A DNA stretch of 56,189 nucleotides from a virus. Its lineage: Duplodnaviria > Caudoviricetes. The translations under genes were made by a program, and so were the position numbers. Location of the stretch: positions 1 to 56,189 of the IMG/VR virus record IMGVR_UViG_3300025018_000180. One strand, 5' to 3'. Shown piece after piece: positions 27,066 through 38,000 of this stretch (positions within the stretch are counted from its first letter, which is position 1; every line of letters begins with the position of its first letter). The notes beneath the pieces were generated by a model. That model ran no database searches. It was not told the origin of the DNA and saw only the letters and a program-made list of their open reading frames with translations.

Positions 27066-30000
27066 ATGGCAAACGAAAATAAAGGTACGATTTATCAAAA
27101 TTTAAATAAAATGTTAAATCTTGATGGTTTTGGTTTTGAATCTGAACAAGGTACGTCAATCCCACAGTCAGGTGCAGGAAAACCTAAGATTATTATTAAA
27201 GGTGATAGTCCACAAGACATTCAAAGAAAAGGTCTTGAATTACAGCAAAAAGAAGAAATAAGAAGTAAATTTTTTAAAACAACCGACCACGGATTTCAAA
27301 AGGCAATGCAATATGAAGCAGCAAGGTTACCTGCTTATTTGGATTACGAAGGTATGGAATATTATCCAATTATTGCATCTGCCCTTGATTTATTTATGGA
27401 AGAGGCAACTACAATTGGTAGCAATGGTCAAATGTTAAATATATATTCTGATAAAGATAGAATTAAAACTCATCTTGAAGAACTTTTTTACGATGTTATT
27501 AATGTTAATGTTAATCTTCCCTTTTGGACTAGAAACTTACCAATAAAAGAAGATTCAATAATACCGTTATTGGATGGTACTGAATTAACAATTAAAGATA
27601 TTTCGAAAAGATTAAAAAATAATCCAAATGAAGAAATTTGGACATATTCAATTCAAGATAAAACAAAAAATGTTGTTGGTGGTAAAATTGTATGGTGTGA
27701 TTTAACAAGAAAAAAATCTCAAATAGTAAAAGTTCATCTTGATGATGGTAGCTATGTTGAAACAACAGCAGACCATGAATTTATGTTACGCAATGGTACA
27801 TATATCCAAGCACAAAATTTAAAGAAAAACGATAGTTTAATGCCTTTCTATACTAGAGAAAGTGTAACACCTAAAGATAATATTAATGGTTATGAAAAAA
27901 CATATAATCCATCTTCAAACCATTATAAATATACACATAATGTTGTTGCACATGAATTACATAGAAATTTATTAGAAGAAAATTCTTTTGGAGGTATTTT
28001 TCATACGCATCATATTGACTTTAATAAGAAAAATAATCATCCAAATAACTTGAAAAGATTATCACGTGAAAACCATCTTAAATTACACCAAGAAATTGTA
28101 ATTAAAAATTTGCATTCACCAGAAATAATTGAAAAGAGATTAAAAGGAATTGATAAATATTTGCGTTCAGAAAAAAGAAAAAATAGATTATCTAATGAAA
28201 TGTCTGGTATTTATCCAAAATATTTTAAGGAATATAATAATTCTGAGCTACACAATGAACATAATATTATTCGTAGTGAAAGTATGTTAAAACATTGGAG
28301 CAATCAAGATTATAATAAATCTACCAGAAAATTAATAAAATTTAATGTTTCAGACGAAACATTTTCCATATTAAAAGATGAAATAATTAATTTAACGGTG
28401 TTTAAATCTAAGAGTGATTTTTGTGATATTCTAAAAAACAATTCTAAATTTGTTAAAAATTTAAAGGAATCTAATAATCATATTAAAAGAGATGTAATCA
28501 AATCACTTAATCCTACTACACTTGAAAGGTTTATTACCAGAAAAATTGATTTGAATTATTTAGATTTGATTAAATCACTTAATCCTAAAATTGCCAACAC
28601 AAAACAATATATTAAGGCATATAACATAAGCAATGCTAAAAAGCAGAACAATAAGATTCTTAACCATAAAGTTGTTGCTATTGAGTTTTTACATGAAAAA
28701 TCTGATGTTTATTGTATGGAAGTTGTTGGTAAAAACGGAGAGCATGATAGACACAATTTTCCAATTTGTTCAAAAGATTCTAATGGAAACTACAATAGAA
28801 ATGGGGTTTTTGTTTCAAATTGTAAATTTGGTGATAATTTTGTTTATTTATTGGGTGAAAAGAATAAAGGTATTACTCATGTAAAACAATTAGTTAATTA
28901 TGAAATTGAGCGTATAGAACGTATAAATAATGGTAAACAGATAGTTAAATTTAAACAACGTGAAACTGGTGATGAATTTAATATTTTTGAAATTGCTCAC
29001 TTTAGATTATTAGGACAAGATAAATATCTTCCTTATGGGTCTTCAATGTTAAATAAAATTAGACGTGTTTTCCGTCAATGTTTAGTTGGTGATTCTAAAA
29101 TATGGACACCTAATGGATATGTTGTGATTAAAGATATAAATATTGGTGACGATATTTATTCATACGATTACATTGATAATAAAGTAATTAAAACTAAAGT
29201 TAGTAATAAAAGTAACAACGGTAATAGGGATGTTTATAAAGTAAGAACAAGACATAGAGAGATTACATTAACTAATGACCACTTATTATTAACATATAAT
29301 AAAAATAATGATTCTTTTGAATATAAAGATATTACTAAATTTAATAAAAAATTTGATAGATTGGTGTTACCACCAATTAATGATAATTTTAATGATGAAT
29401 ACACAATCAAAACATCTGCTGAAAATTATTACGTTAAATTAAACGAAAGTGGGATAAAAAAATCTAAAGGGATTGAATCATTGGGTATTATGTCAAAAAT
29501 AGATTCGTTACATGCAGAAACAACAAGAAAAAATTTACATACTTTCATAAAGGGTGGTGATAGAAAAATCAAATATTTGGATTTTATTAAACTATGTAAA
29601 ACATTTAATTTTGATATTAATGATGTTGAATTATTTTCTTATGGTAGAAAACATAAATCAATTGTTAACAATAAATTAGAATATACAATAAATAAGAAAT
29701 TAGTAAGATTTTTTGGATTTATGTTAGGTGATGGTTGGATAAAAAAACACGAAGTTGGATTTGCGTTGGGTGAGTATAACAATCAAAATGATTATTACAT
29801 TAATTTGGCAGAAGAATTGTCTGGTTCAAAATCAAGAACATATAAGAAAATTGGTACTAAATCTGCACAAACTGTTGTTGGTAACACTGAATTTTCTGAA
29901 ATATTATTAGCATTAGATTTTACAACTGGTTTTAATAATAAAAAAATCCCAGATTGGGTTTTTGGTTTATCTTTTGAATATAAATTAGAATTTATAAAAG

Positions 30001-32915
30001 GTATTTTTGATGCAGATGGTTGTGATAATAATAAAATGTATTCTTCTTCAAATAGAAAGTTAATTGAAAAACTTAGATTATTATGTCAAACATGTAATAT
30101 TCAGGTTGGAAAAATAATAACCGAAAACGAAAATAGAAGTGGTTTTGTTTTTGATAAACACTTTAATAAAATTATAAATAGATTACCATCATATAAACTA
30201 TATATTAATATTGCATCAGCAAATAATAATGTTGATTTTCAAAAAATTATTGATATAGAATATGTTGGTAATGATGTTGTTTGGGATATTGAGGTTAATG
30301 ATAAACTACATAATTTTATTTCTGATGGATTAGTTGTACATAATTGTGTTATGGCAGAAGATGCTATGCTTACCTATCGTATTATACGTGCGGGTGAAAA
30401 AAGAGTGTTTAAAATTGACGTAGGTAATATTGATGAAGATGATATTGAAGAATATATCCAAAAAGTAGCTACAAGATTTAAAAAACAACAACAGGTTAAT
30501 GGTCATGATGGTCAGATTGACTATCGATTCAATATAATGGGGAATGATGAAGATTTCTTTATACCTGTTCGTAATGCAAATGTACAAACAGGTATTGATA
30601 CATTAGCAGGTGCATGTCTTGCGTTAGATACTAAAATAGATTTGCTTGATGGTAGAAGTCTTGAACTTAAACATATTATTAAAGAATATGATGAAGGTAA
30701 AAATTTATGGTCATATTCAATTAATCCGAATACAGGATTAATTGTGCCAGCACCGATTACTTGGGCAGGTGTAACAAGAAAAAATACTGAGGTACTAAAA
30801 CTTACTTTAGATAATGGTGAAACGATTACTTGTACCCCTGACCATAAATTTCCCACAAAATATAATGGCACTAAAGAAGCAAAAGATTTATCTGTTGGTG
30901 AATCTATGTGGGCATTTAATAAAAAAGAAGAAAAAATAAAAGGTGGTGGTAAAAGAAATACTTATGAAATGATATATGACCATTCAAAACAAGAATGGGT
31001 TTATACACACCGTATGATTGGTAATTATATGAGAGATAATAATCTACATGAGGATTTCAAATATAAACTAGAAGGTGAAAAAGAAACCATACACCATAAA
31101 GATTTTAATAGATATAATAACAATCCCGATAATTTATCTTGGATGAATAGTAAAGACCATCTTTTATACCATAGAGATAGTCAAAAATTAATGTGGGAGT
31201 CTTTAAGTGATGAAAAGAAAGAAAACCATAAAAAAGCAAGAAAAATTGGTTTGAATTATTATTGGGAAAATATTAGTCTTGATGATTTAAAATTAAAAAT
31301 AGATGTTGCCCAACAAAATTCATTAAAATCAAGAAATAAAGCAATTGATACATTTAACTCAAACTCAAATAAAGATAAAATTATTGAATTAAGGGGTAAA
31401 TCTATTTCAAAAACAAAATCTTTAGAAAATAATAGATTAAAACAATCAACAATTGCTAAATCACAATGGGAAAATAGTAATTTAAGAGAAATTCTTAAAG
31501 AAAAACAATCTATTAAATATTCCCATAAACTACTTGATTTATTAATTGAATATACTAATGAATATAGTAGAATTGATTTAATTCTTGAAAAGAAAATTAA
31601 TATTGATGATTCTGAATGGTTAGAGGAATTTAATTTATTAAATAATGATAATAAACAGTTAAAGAAAATGTCTTCAATAACCAGAAACAACATTAATAAA
31701 ATGCTAAAATATTTTGGTTATACTAATTGGAGAGATTTTAAGTCTAAAATACCTTGTTATAATCATAAAATTGTTGATATTGAATGGTTAGAGGAAAAAC
31801 AAGATACGGGTACGATAACTATTGATGGAAAAGAAGAATTGCACGATTATCATAACTTTGCATTGAGTTGTGGTATATTTACTAAAAATTCTAACTTAGA
31901 CCAAATCCAAGATATTGAATATCTTAGAGATAATTTATTTACTGGTCTTAGTGTACCAAAACCATTTTTAGGTTTTCAAGAAGCAGCGGGTGATGGGAAG
32001 AACCTTGCACAAATGGATGTTAGATTCTTAAAGAAAATTAATAGAATTCAACAAGCAATGATTCAGGAATTAAATAAAATGGCTGTTATTCACCTATTTT
32101 TACTTGGTTTTGATAAGGAAGATTTGGGTTCATTTACGTTATCATTATCTAACCCTTCAACACAACAACAATTATTGAATACCGAATTAATGCAACAACA
32201 AGCTGCTGTTTATGGTGAAATGACCCGTAACGAAGGTGGTATTGCAGCTATGTCCCATACCAGAGCTAAAAGAATCATACTTAATATGTCAGATAAAGAT
32301 ATTATTGATGATTTAAAAATGCAACGTATGGAAAGAGCTATTGCACAAGAACTTCAAGATTCACCATTGGTTATTAGGAAAACAGGTATTTTTGATGATG
32401 TTGACGAGAAGTATGGTGACCCCGAAGCTGCTGCAATGATGTCTGGTCATACGGGATTAGAAAGTGGTGGTATGGATGGTGGACTTGGTGGTATGGAAGG
32501 GATGCCTGAACCTGCTGGTGGTGGTATCGGTGGTGAGTTTGGTTCTGCTGGTGCATTACCACCAGTAATTGGACAAGGTAAAGGTTTCAAAGAAAATGGT
32601 AATGTTATTGGTGAAACTGAGGATGCTTATTTTGTTAAAAGAAATAAAATGTCAGACGATACATTCAACAGTATTGCGGAGAAAATTGTTTATGGTGATA
32701 ATAAAATGAAAAAGAAAAAGGACGAAAAAATTAAAGTTCTTAGAGAAAATAATGATAGAAACCGTAAATTAAACGATACTGCAATAGATATGGTCAATGA
32801 AATAAATGATTTGTTGAAGCATTCTACAACTATGAATGAAAACAAAAAATTAGATTCAAAAGTATTTGATAATATAGACTTAGATATAGATTTTGAAGAT
32901 AAGGGGGTTGAATAA
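27066..32915 (+). CDS. gp20: Portal protein (T4 gp20-like) with three inteins
   Basis: Extein motifs YPIIASALD, EDAMLTYRIIRAGEKRVFKIDVGN, EDFFIP, DIEYL...L.VP. About 675 aa after removing the inteins. Confidence 0.92.
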   Translation: MANENKGTIYQNLNKMLNLDGFGFESEQGTSIPQSGAGKPKIIIKGDSPQDIQRKGLELQQKEEIRSKFFKTTDHGFQKAMQYEAARLPAYLDYEGMEYYPIIASALDLFMEEATTIGSNGQMLNIYSDKDRIKTHLEELFYDVINVNVNLPFWTRNLPIKEDSIIPLLDGTELTIKDISKRLKNNPNEEIWTYSIQDKTKNVVGGKIVWCDLTRKKSQIVKVHLDDGSYVETTADHEFMLRNGTYIQAQNLKKNDSLMPFYTRESVTPKDNINGYEKTYNPSSNHYKYTHNVVAHELHRNLLEENSFGGIFHTHHIDFNKKNNHPNNLKRLSRENHLKLHQEIVIKNLHSPEIIEKRLKGIDKYLRSEKRKNRLSNEMSGIYPKYFKEYNNSELHNEHNIIRSESMLKHWSNQDYNKSTRKLIKFNVSDETFSILKDEIINLTVFKSKSDFCDILKNNSKFVKNLKESNNHIKRDVIKSLNPTTLERFITRKIDLNYLDLIKSLNPKIANTKQYIKAYNISNAKKQNNKILNHKVVAIEFLHEKSDVYCMEVVGKNGEHDRHNFPICSKDSNGNYNRNGVFVSNCKFGDNFVYLLGEKNKGITHVKQLVNYEIERIERINNGKQIVKFKQRETGDEFNIFEIAHFRLLGQDKYLPYGSSMLNKIRRVFRQCLVGDSKIWTPNGYVVIKDINIGDDIYSYDYIDNKVIKTKVSNKSNNGNRDVYKVRTRHREITLTNDHLLLTYNKNNDSFEYKDITKFNKKFDRLVLPPINDNFNDEYTIKTSAENYYVKLNESGIKKSKGIESLGIMSKIDSLHAETTRKNLHTFIKGGDRKIKYLDFIKLCKTFNFDINDVELFSYGRKHKSIVNNKLEYTINKKLVRFFGFMLGDGWIKKHEVGFALGEYNNQNDYYINLAEELSGSKSRTYKKIGTKSAQTVVGNTEFSEILLALDFTTGFNNKKIPDWVFGLSFEYKLEFIKGIFDADGCDNNKMYSSSNRKLIEKLRLLCQTCNIQVGKIITENENRSGFVFDKHFNKIINRLPSYKLYINIASANNNVDFQKIIDIEYVGNDVVWDIEVNDKLHNFISDGLVVHNCVMAEDAMLTYRIIRAGEKRVFKIDVGNIDEDDIEEYIQKVATRFKKQQQVNGHDGQIDYRFNIMGNDEDFFIPVRNANVQTGIDTLAGACLALDTKIDLLDGRSLELKHIIKEYDEGKNLWSYSINPNTGLIVPAPITWAGVTRKNTEVLKLTLDNGETITCTPDHKFPTKYNGTKEAKDLSVGESMWAFNKKEEKIKGGGKRNTYEMIYDHSKQEWVYTHRMIGNYMRDNNLHEDFKYKLEGEKETIHHKDFNRYNNNPDNLSWMNSKDHLLYHRDSQKLMWESLSDEKKENHKKARKIGLNYYWENISLDDLKLKIDVAQQNSLKSRNKAIDTFNSNSNKDKIIELRGKSISKTKSLENNRLKQSTIAKSQWENSNLREILKEKQSIKYSHKLLDLLIEYTNEYSRIDLILEKKINIDDSEWLEEFNLLNNDNKQLKKMSSITRNNINKMLKYFGYTNWRDFKSKIPCYNHKIVDIEWLEEKQDTGTITIDGKEELHDYHNFALSCGIFTKNSNLDQIQDIEYLRDNLFTGLSVPKPFLGFQEAAGDGKNLAQMDVRFLKKINRIQQAMIQELNKMAVIHLFLLGFDKEDLGSFTLSLSNPSTQQQLLNTELMQQQAAVYGEMTRNEGGIAAMSHTRAKRIILNMSDKDIIDDLKMQRMERAIAQELQDSPLVIRKTGIFDDVDEKYGDPEAAAMMSGHTGLESGGMDGGLGGMEGMPEPAGGGIGGEFGSAGALPPVIGQGKGFKENGNVIGETEDAYFVKRNKMSDDTFNSIAEKIVYGDNKMKKKKDEKIKVLRENNDRNRKLNDTAIDMVNEINDLLKHSTTMNENKKLDSKVFDNIDLDIDFEDKGVE
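27540..28820 (+). mobile_element. Portal intein 1 (427 aa, Pro1, HNH-type endonuclease)
   Basis: WTRNL|PIKEDS...TTADH...HHIDFNKKNNHPNNL...VYCMEV...VFVSN|CKFGD. Confidence 0.8.
29079..30344 (+). mobile_element. Portal intein 2 (422 aa, LAGLIDADG)
   Basis: RQ|CLVGDS...TNDH...FGFMLGDG...KGIFDADG...VVHN|CVMAED. Confidence 0.9.
30615..31889 (+). mobile_element. Portal intein 3 (425 aa, HNH-type)
   Basis: AGA|CLALDT...TPDH...HHKDFNRYNNNPDNL...HNFAL..GIFTKN|SNL. Confidence 0.88.
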
Positions 32916-32923
32916 CCCCCTTT
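32901..32923. terminator. Hairpin between convergent genes
   Basis: AAGGGGGTT-GAAT-AACCCCCTT overlapping the portal stop. Confidence 0.6.
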
Positions 32924-33303
32924 CACTTTACATCTTTTAATAAAGTATATTCAGTTCTTTTGTCTTTTATATTATTTCTATATGCATATTCTGTTTTTAA
33001 TATATATTCGAACCTGTAAATCAAAGAACCTATTTGTGTGTTCGTTAAAGACATAACATTTTCTTCCAAATCCAATTCAATCATAAAAAATCTTATTAAT
33101 AAAGTAATTACTTTACATGCTTGTTCGAAATATCTATAATTGTCAGTCTTTACATATTCAGTAGCTTGTATCCAAATTAATATTTCAGACATACCCATAC
33201 CTTTAACCCAAGTTTCTATACTATTATTATTTCCTATTTCTTTTTCTATTTTAGAAAGGTAATATATATAGTGACTGTTTTTATATTTTCTTATTATTTC
33301 CAT
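32923..33303 (-). CDS. Hypothetical protein
   Basis: 126 aa ORF. Confidence 0.6.
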   Translation of the reverse strand: MEIIRKYKNSHYIYYLSKIEKEIGNNNSIETWVKGMGMSEILIWIQATEYVKTDNYRYFEQACKVITLLIRFFMIELDLEENVMSLTNTQIGSLIYRFEYILKTEYAYRNNIKDKRTEYTLLKDVK

Positions 33304-33369
33304 ACCGTAAATAAATACTAAAACAAAAATAGTATTTTTTTATAAAAAAACGAGTATTTATATTAAATT

Positions 33370-34182
33370 ATGCTTGATATGAAAACAAACGTTGGTATTG
33401 TTAAATCTATTGTTTCAGAAAGACTAATCAATTCGTTCATGAGAACTGGTCAATTGAACGAGTCAAAAACTATTTCATCTAAATTTTTCGATGTGATGAA
33501 AAATTCCCCATATCTTCAATTGGAGTTTAAGATAATAAATAATCTTGAAAATAAATATATTAAAAATGATGTTGCTGCTACTCGATATATAGATAAAAAT
33601 ATAGAGTTAACGTCCACATTTACTACAGGTAAAATTCTTGAAGAATATAAAAAATTAGAAAAATTTACTAATGAAACAATCAAAAAGGGTTCTATTAAAG
33701 ATGCTAATCTTTTAGAAAAAACTAAGTTGTATGAAAGTATAAGTAATTTAATTGTTGAGAGTAAAAAACAATATCCTGATGTTGATTTACTTCATGAGTC
33801 ATTTGAACATGTGTTAAATCATATTACCACCAATAAACCAGAAGAGATAGTTGAAAGTGAATCAATAGAAATACCTGAAAACATTGATGGCGATATGTTA
33901 ATTGAGGTTGCTCTTAATAAATTTACAGAAAAATATTCTTCAATAAATGAAGATGAATATAAACTAATTAACAAATTAGCATCGTTAGAATCAAAAGAAA
34001 AAAATAATTATCTTGAAGAATGGAAAAACGATATTATTAAAATACTTGAACATTCAGATATGAATGGTATTGAAGATAAAATTAACGAAAGTATTCAAAA
34101 AGTTAAAGATATTTCTTATGATGAAAATACTTTTATAGAAAAGATTTCTAAGCTATATGAATTCAAAAAGAGTCTAAGCTAA
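33370..34182 (+). CDS. Hypothetical helical protein of the head module
   Basis: 270 aa, motif upstream, repeated LNES/IVES/INES. Confidence 0.65.
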   Translation: MLDMKTNVGIVKSIVSERLINSFMRTGQLNESKTISSKFFDVMKNSPYLQLEFKIINNLENKYIKNDVAATRYIDKNIELTSTFTTGKILEEYKKLEKFTNETIKKGSIKDANLLEKTKLYESISNLIVESKKQYPDVDLLHESFEHVLNHITTNKPEEIVESESIEIPENIDGDMLIEVALNKFTEKYSSINEDEYKLINKLASLESKEKNNYLEEWKNDIIKILEHSDMNGIEDKINESIQKVKDISYDENTFIEKISKLYEFKKSLS

Positions 34183-35034
34183 GTTAGCATTAAAATCATC
34201 ATTAGCATAATCCACCTCATATCCAAACCAAATACCTTTGGTAATACTACCTTGAGGTACGTTTGTATTGTTTTTATCCCCTAAATATCCAAAAATACTA
34301 GTAACATAATTACAACCCTCTTTAATGTAGTCGTTTCCAAATCTTTTTGCAGTATAATTTACAATTTGTATATAATTATCACCTTTTAAACCAGAACCTC
34401 TATTGTATGCAAATAATGTGCTTGATGCTAAGTCTTTATTTCTTCCTGCAATCCAATTCATTAAAGCGCATTGTGCTTTAATCATAACATCTGGATTATT
34501 ACAAATATTTTGATGTAATATTGCACGATTTCTATATTGTCTTTCTCTATCTGCTGCTGTGTATTTACCCTTTCCAACAACACCAATCCAAGAAGTATCT
34601 AGTTCTGGTTGTTCCATACCACTAATTAATTTGGCTTTATCATCACCAGTAATAAATCTTCTATTATATATCACATCATAAACAGTAAGCATTATAAATT
34701 GACTTATTCCAGAAGCCGTACTGGTTTTAGCATAATTCCATGCTTTATAACCGCTTTCTTGAAATGCTTGTGCTGCAATAATATTTGCATCTAACCCATA
34801 TATAGCTGCGTTATTGTTAAACTCGTTTATTAAATATAATGCAAATTGAGCATTGGTTGTTACGTTTGGTATGTTACACACCCAAGTAATAACCTCATTA
34901 GATTTATCACTAAAAGGTAGATTATATGAGTTTTTACCCTTAATCATAGATGTAGAGCCTTGAGTAGAAGTAAGTCTTTTAGCTATTTCTTTAATAAAAT
35001 TTTCGCCTGTTTCGGTTAGTTTTTTATATGCCAT
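34174..35034 (-). CDS. Lytic transglycosylase (SLT-like)
   Basis: IAAQAFQESG, ASGISQF and FAYNRG motifs. Confidence 0.8.
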   Translation of the reverse strand: MAYKKLTETGENFIKEIAKRLTSTQGSTSMIKGKNSYNLPFSDKSNEVITWVCNIPNVTTNAQFALYLINEFNNNAAIYGLDANIIAAQAFQESGYKAWNYAKTSTASGISQFIMLTVYDVIYNRRFITGDDKAKLISGMEQPELDTSWIGVVGKGKYTAADRERQYRNRAILHQNICNNPDVMIKAQCALMNWIAGRNKDLASSTLFAYNRGSGLKGDNYIQIVNYTAKRFGNDYIKEGCNYVTSIFGYLGDKNNTNVPQGSITKGIWFGYEVDYANDDFNANLA

Positions 35035-38000
35035 TTATTTTATTTTTTGTGTATATTGGGTGTTATTTGGAAGGTATTTGGAAGGTATTGTACCATCATT
35101 TCCATATGCATCTGTTATTGCTGGTGCTTCACCAAGATATTCATTACCAGTACCACCTATTAGTGCAATGGAAGAAGCAAAATCGGTTACAAACGGATTT
35201 GGGTATTTTAGTATTTTAGTACCACTAAAATTAGTTGTAGCATGATTAGCAGTAAAATTATGATTAACCTCTAATATCATATATACCCCATTAAAAATGG
35301 GTATATTTTCTAATTGAAAATACTGTGTAGGTTGAATCATCATATCACCTAACATTTCAACGTTTGCTGAATATGCACGACTTTCATATATGTTGAATAA
35401 GTTTTGACCCTTTGAAACAGGTGAACTAGTACTTTCATCACCTGCTAATTTAGAAAGTATTGCTAATGATTCGTTTGTTTCAGGAAATTCCCTTGTGTCA
35501 ATTTTAATATTTTTAAAAAATGATTGGTTCTGTTCTGAATATTTAACTTTAAATGCAGATACTCTACCAAAAGGATTATTTTTCCCAAATCTATTTGTAA
35601 TGTTTGTAACCTCTGGTAGTGTTGTATCTAAGTCGGCATTCTGTCTAATATCATCAATACCGTTTTCACTATCTAAATCAGTAATTCCATCATTATCAAA
35701 AGCATTATCATCACCATTTAGTGTTGTTGATGTACCACCGAGATACATACACACAAACGCTGGTGGTGCTTTTTGGTCTACTATTTCAGAAATTTTAAAA
35801 CTCTCAGCCCAATTAGTATCGGTAAACGCCATGAAGTTTGCAATTGGAAAAAACTCAAAATTATTAACTGATAATAATCTTGCCATTACATTAAAAACTG
35901 AAATATCATAATTGTTATGTGCATCAATTAATGGTTCTATATTAATAATACACTCACTACCAATTGGATTCATACCTCTATCCACAAAAATAAACTTATC
36001 AATAAGTGTATCACCACCATCACCACCAGTATTGAATGGATATCCAGTAACATTACCATTATCAGGCATCCATTTATCCGCTATTGATTTAAATGAATAA
36101 TATGTTTGTGTGCGTATATCATCATCACTAACCATATTTTGTGTTTCTACTTCTTCCTTTTGAATCTTATCTAAGTTTAAAGAAATGTTGTTTGATAATG
36201 TTCTAAAGAATGCTTTAAAATAGCTATCAATTGTAGATTTCACATTCAACGCTGAAACAGCTTTACCTAATATTGTAGTGCCACCAGTTAGTGTTGTTAA
36301 TGGTAGGAATTGATTAGTTTCATTATCATCATTAAAGGTTAGTTGTGATAGATTAAGTATTCCTTGTCTTTTATTTAATAAATTAGATAGTGCTTCTTTA
36401 CTATATTTATTATTACCTCTTAATGATGCATAATAAAAATCTTCTCTATCATCCTCTACATCAGTTTGAGTATAATAATCATCAATCATATTAATAAAAT
36501 ATTTTTCTACTTGTCCATAGAAGCTACTTGTTAATTTTCTATCGAAATAATCCTCTAAAATAGATTTATCTATTTCACCAAGATTCTCAACTTTAGGTGC
36601 TTCATATGTTATTGGTGATAAACCATAACTAACATTATTATATAAAACACCGATATCTTCTGTAAAAAATTTATCAACCTCTGCTTTAAATCCACTATCC
36701 GTATTGTATTTTACTAAACCACCCATGTATATTAATTCAAATACTGGTGTTTCAACATATGCTGGAAATTTAAATTTACTCGTTACTATTTTTACATTTA
36801 AAAATTTATTATATAAAAAACCAAGTGTATGTGTCATGTTAGAAGCAATAATAAATAATTTTGTTTGAGCGGAATATTCACCATTATTTAATATTTCTTT
36901 AAATCTTGTATCATATTGCACTCCATTGTTTTTTTTGCTTAAAAATTTAGACCATACATCAGGAAATGACCCTTTTAAAATAAAATCACTATCAAAATTA
37001 TCATCCAAAGCTGCATCAGCAAAGTAAGGTAGATTTTGTTTAATAAATGCTGTTATTTTACTAATATCATCACCACCACCAGTAAAAAAATTAGAAAACA
37101 ATTCTATCCAACTTTCTTGGTTTATACCGTCCATGAATTTATCCACAGCATCTTTACTTTTATATGATGTAATTTCATTACCAGTTGGTGTTTCTGTAGT
37201 AGTGGTTCGTTCTGTAATGTCATTTAATGTGCTATCATTCTCAATTATTTTTATCCCAATAAAATTACTGTTTTCTCTTTGTCTAAATATTTGTGTACCA
37301 TTAGTTAAACTAAGTGAGGTTGTAGTTGGGTCACCGTCAAATGAAGAATATCCAATAACATTTCTTTTATTAAGGACATCATAAAACCCATCCACTTGTG
37401 TTTTCCAAATATCAGAAGCCGTTTTTAACGAGTTTAATACAGATAAATTATTTACGGAAGCAACTATATTATTTGCTTCTGCTGCTGCAACATATTCAAC
37501 TAACGCCTTTGCTCTTGGGTCTTGCTGAAAGAATTTTTCTTCGTATGTAAATTGAGAACCAATATAAAATCTATTTAAAGCAATTTTATATATATTCATA
37601 ATCATACTTTCGGGACTATTAAAATATATATTATAATATGGTGAATCTTTATTAATTTCATCATATAAAATACTATCAGCAGGTGTAATTGGTATCCATT
37701 TTGTATTACCATCTGCATCTGTTTGCGATTTCATATCAGCAACTTCTTCATTTTTTTTGACAGTAACAAAAGTATCTATAAATTTATCAACCAACAACAC
37801 TTCTGGAAATATTTCAATATTAGGATATTCTTTTTTATCTGGTATATGTCTTGCTTGTCTACTAGATTTTCCTGTTGGATTTATTTTTACGTATCTTGGA
37901 TAACCGCCAATCTTTTTATCAGGAAAATTATTTTTAATAATAATTTCGTTTTTATATTGTTCATGGTGTCTTTCACCATCCTTAGTAGATATTCTTATTT

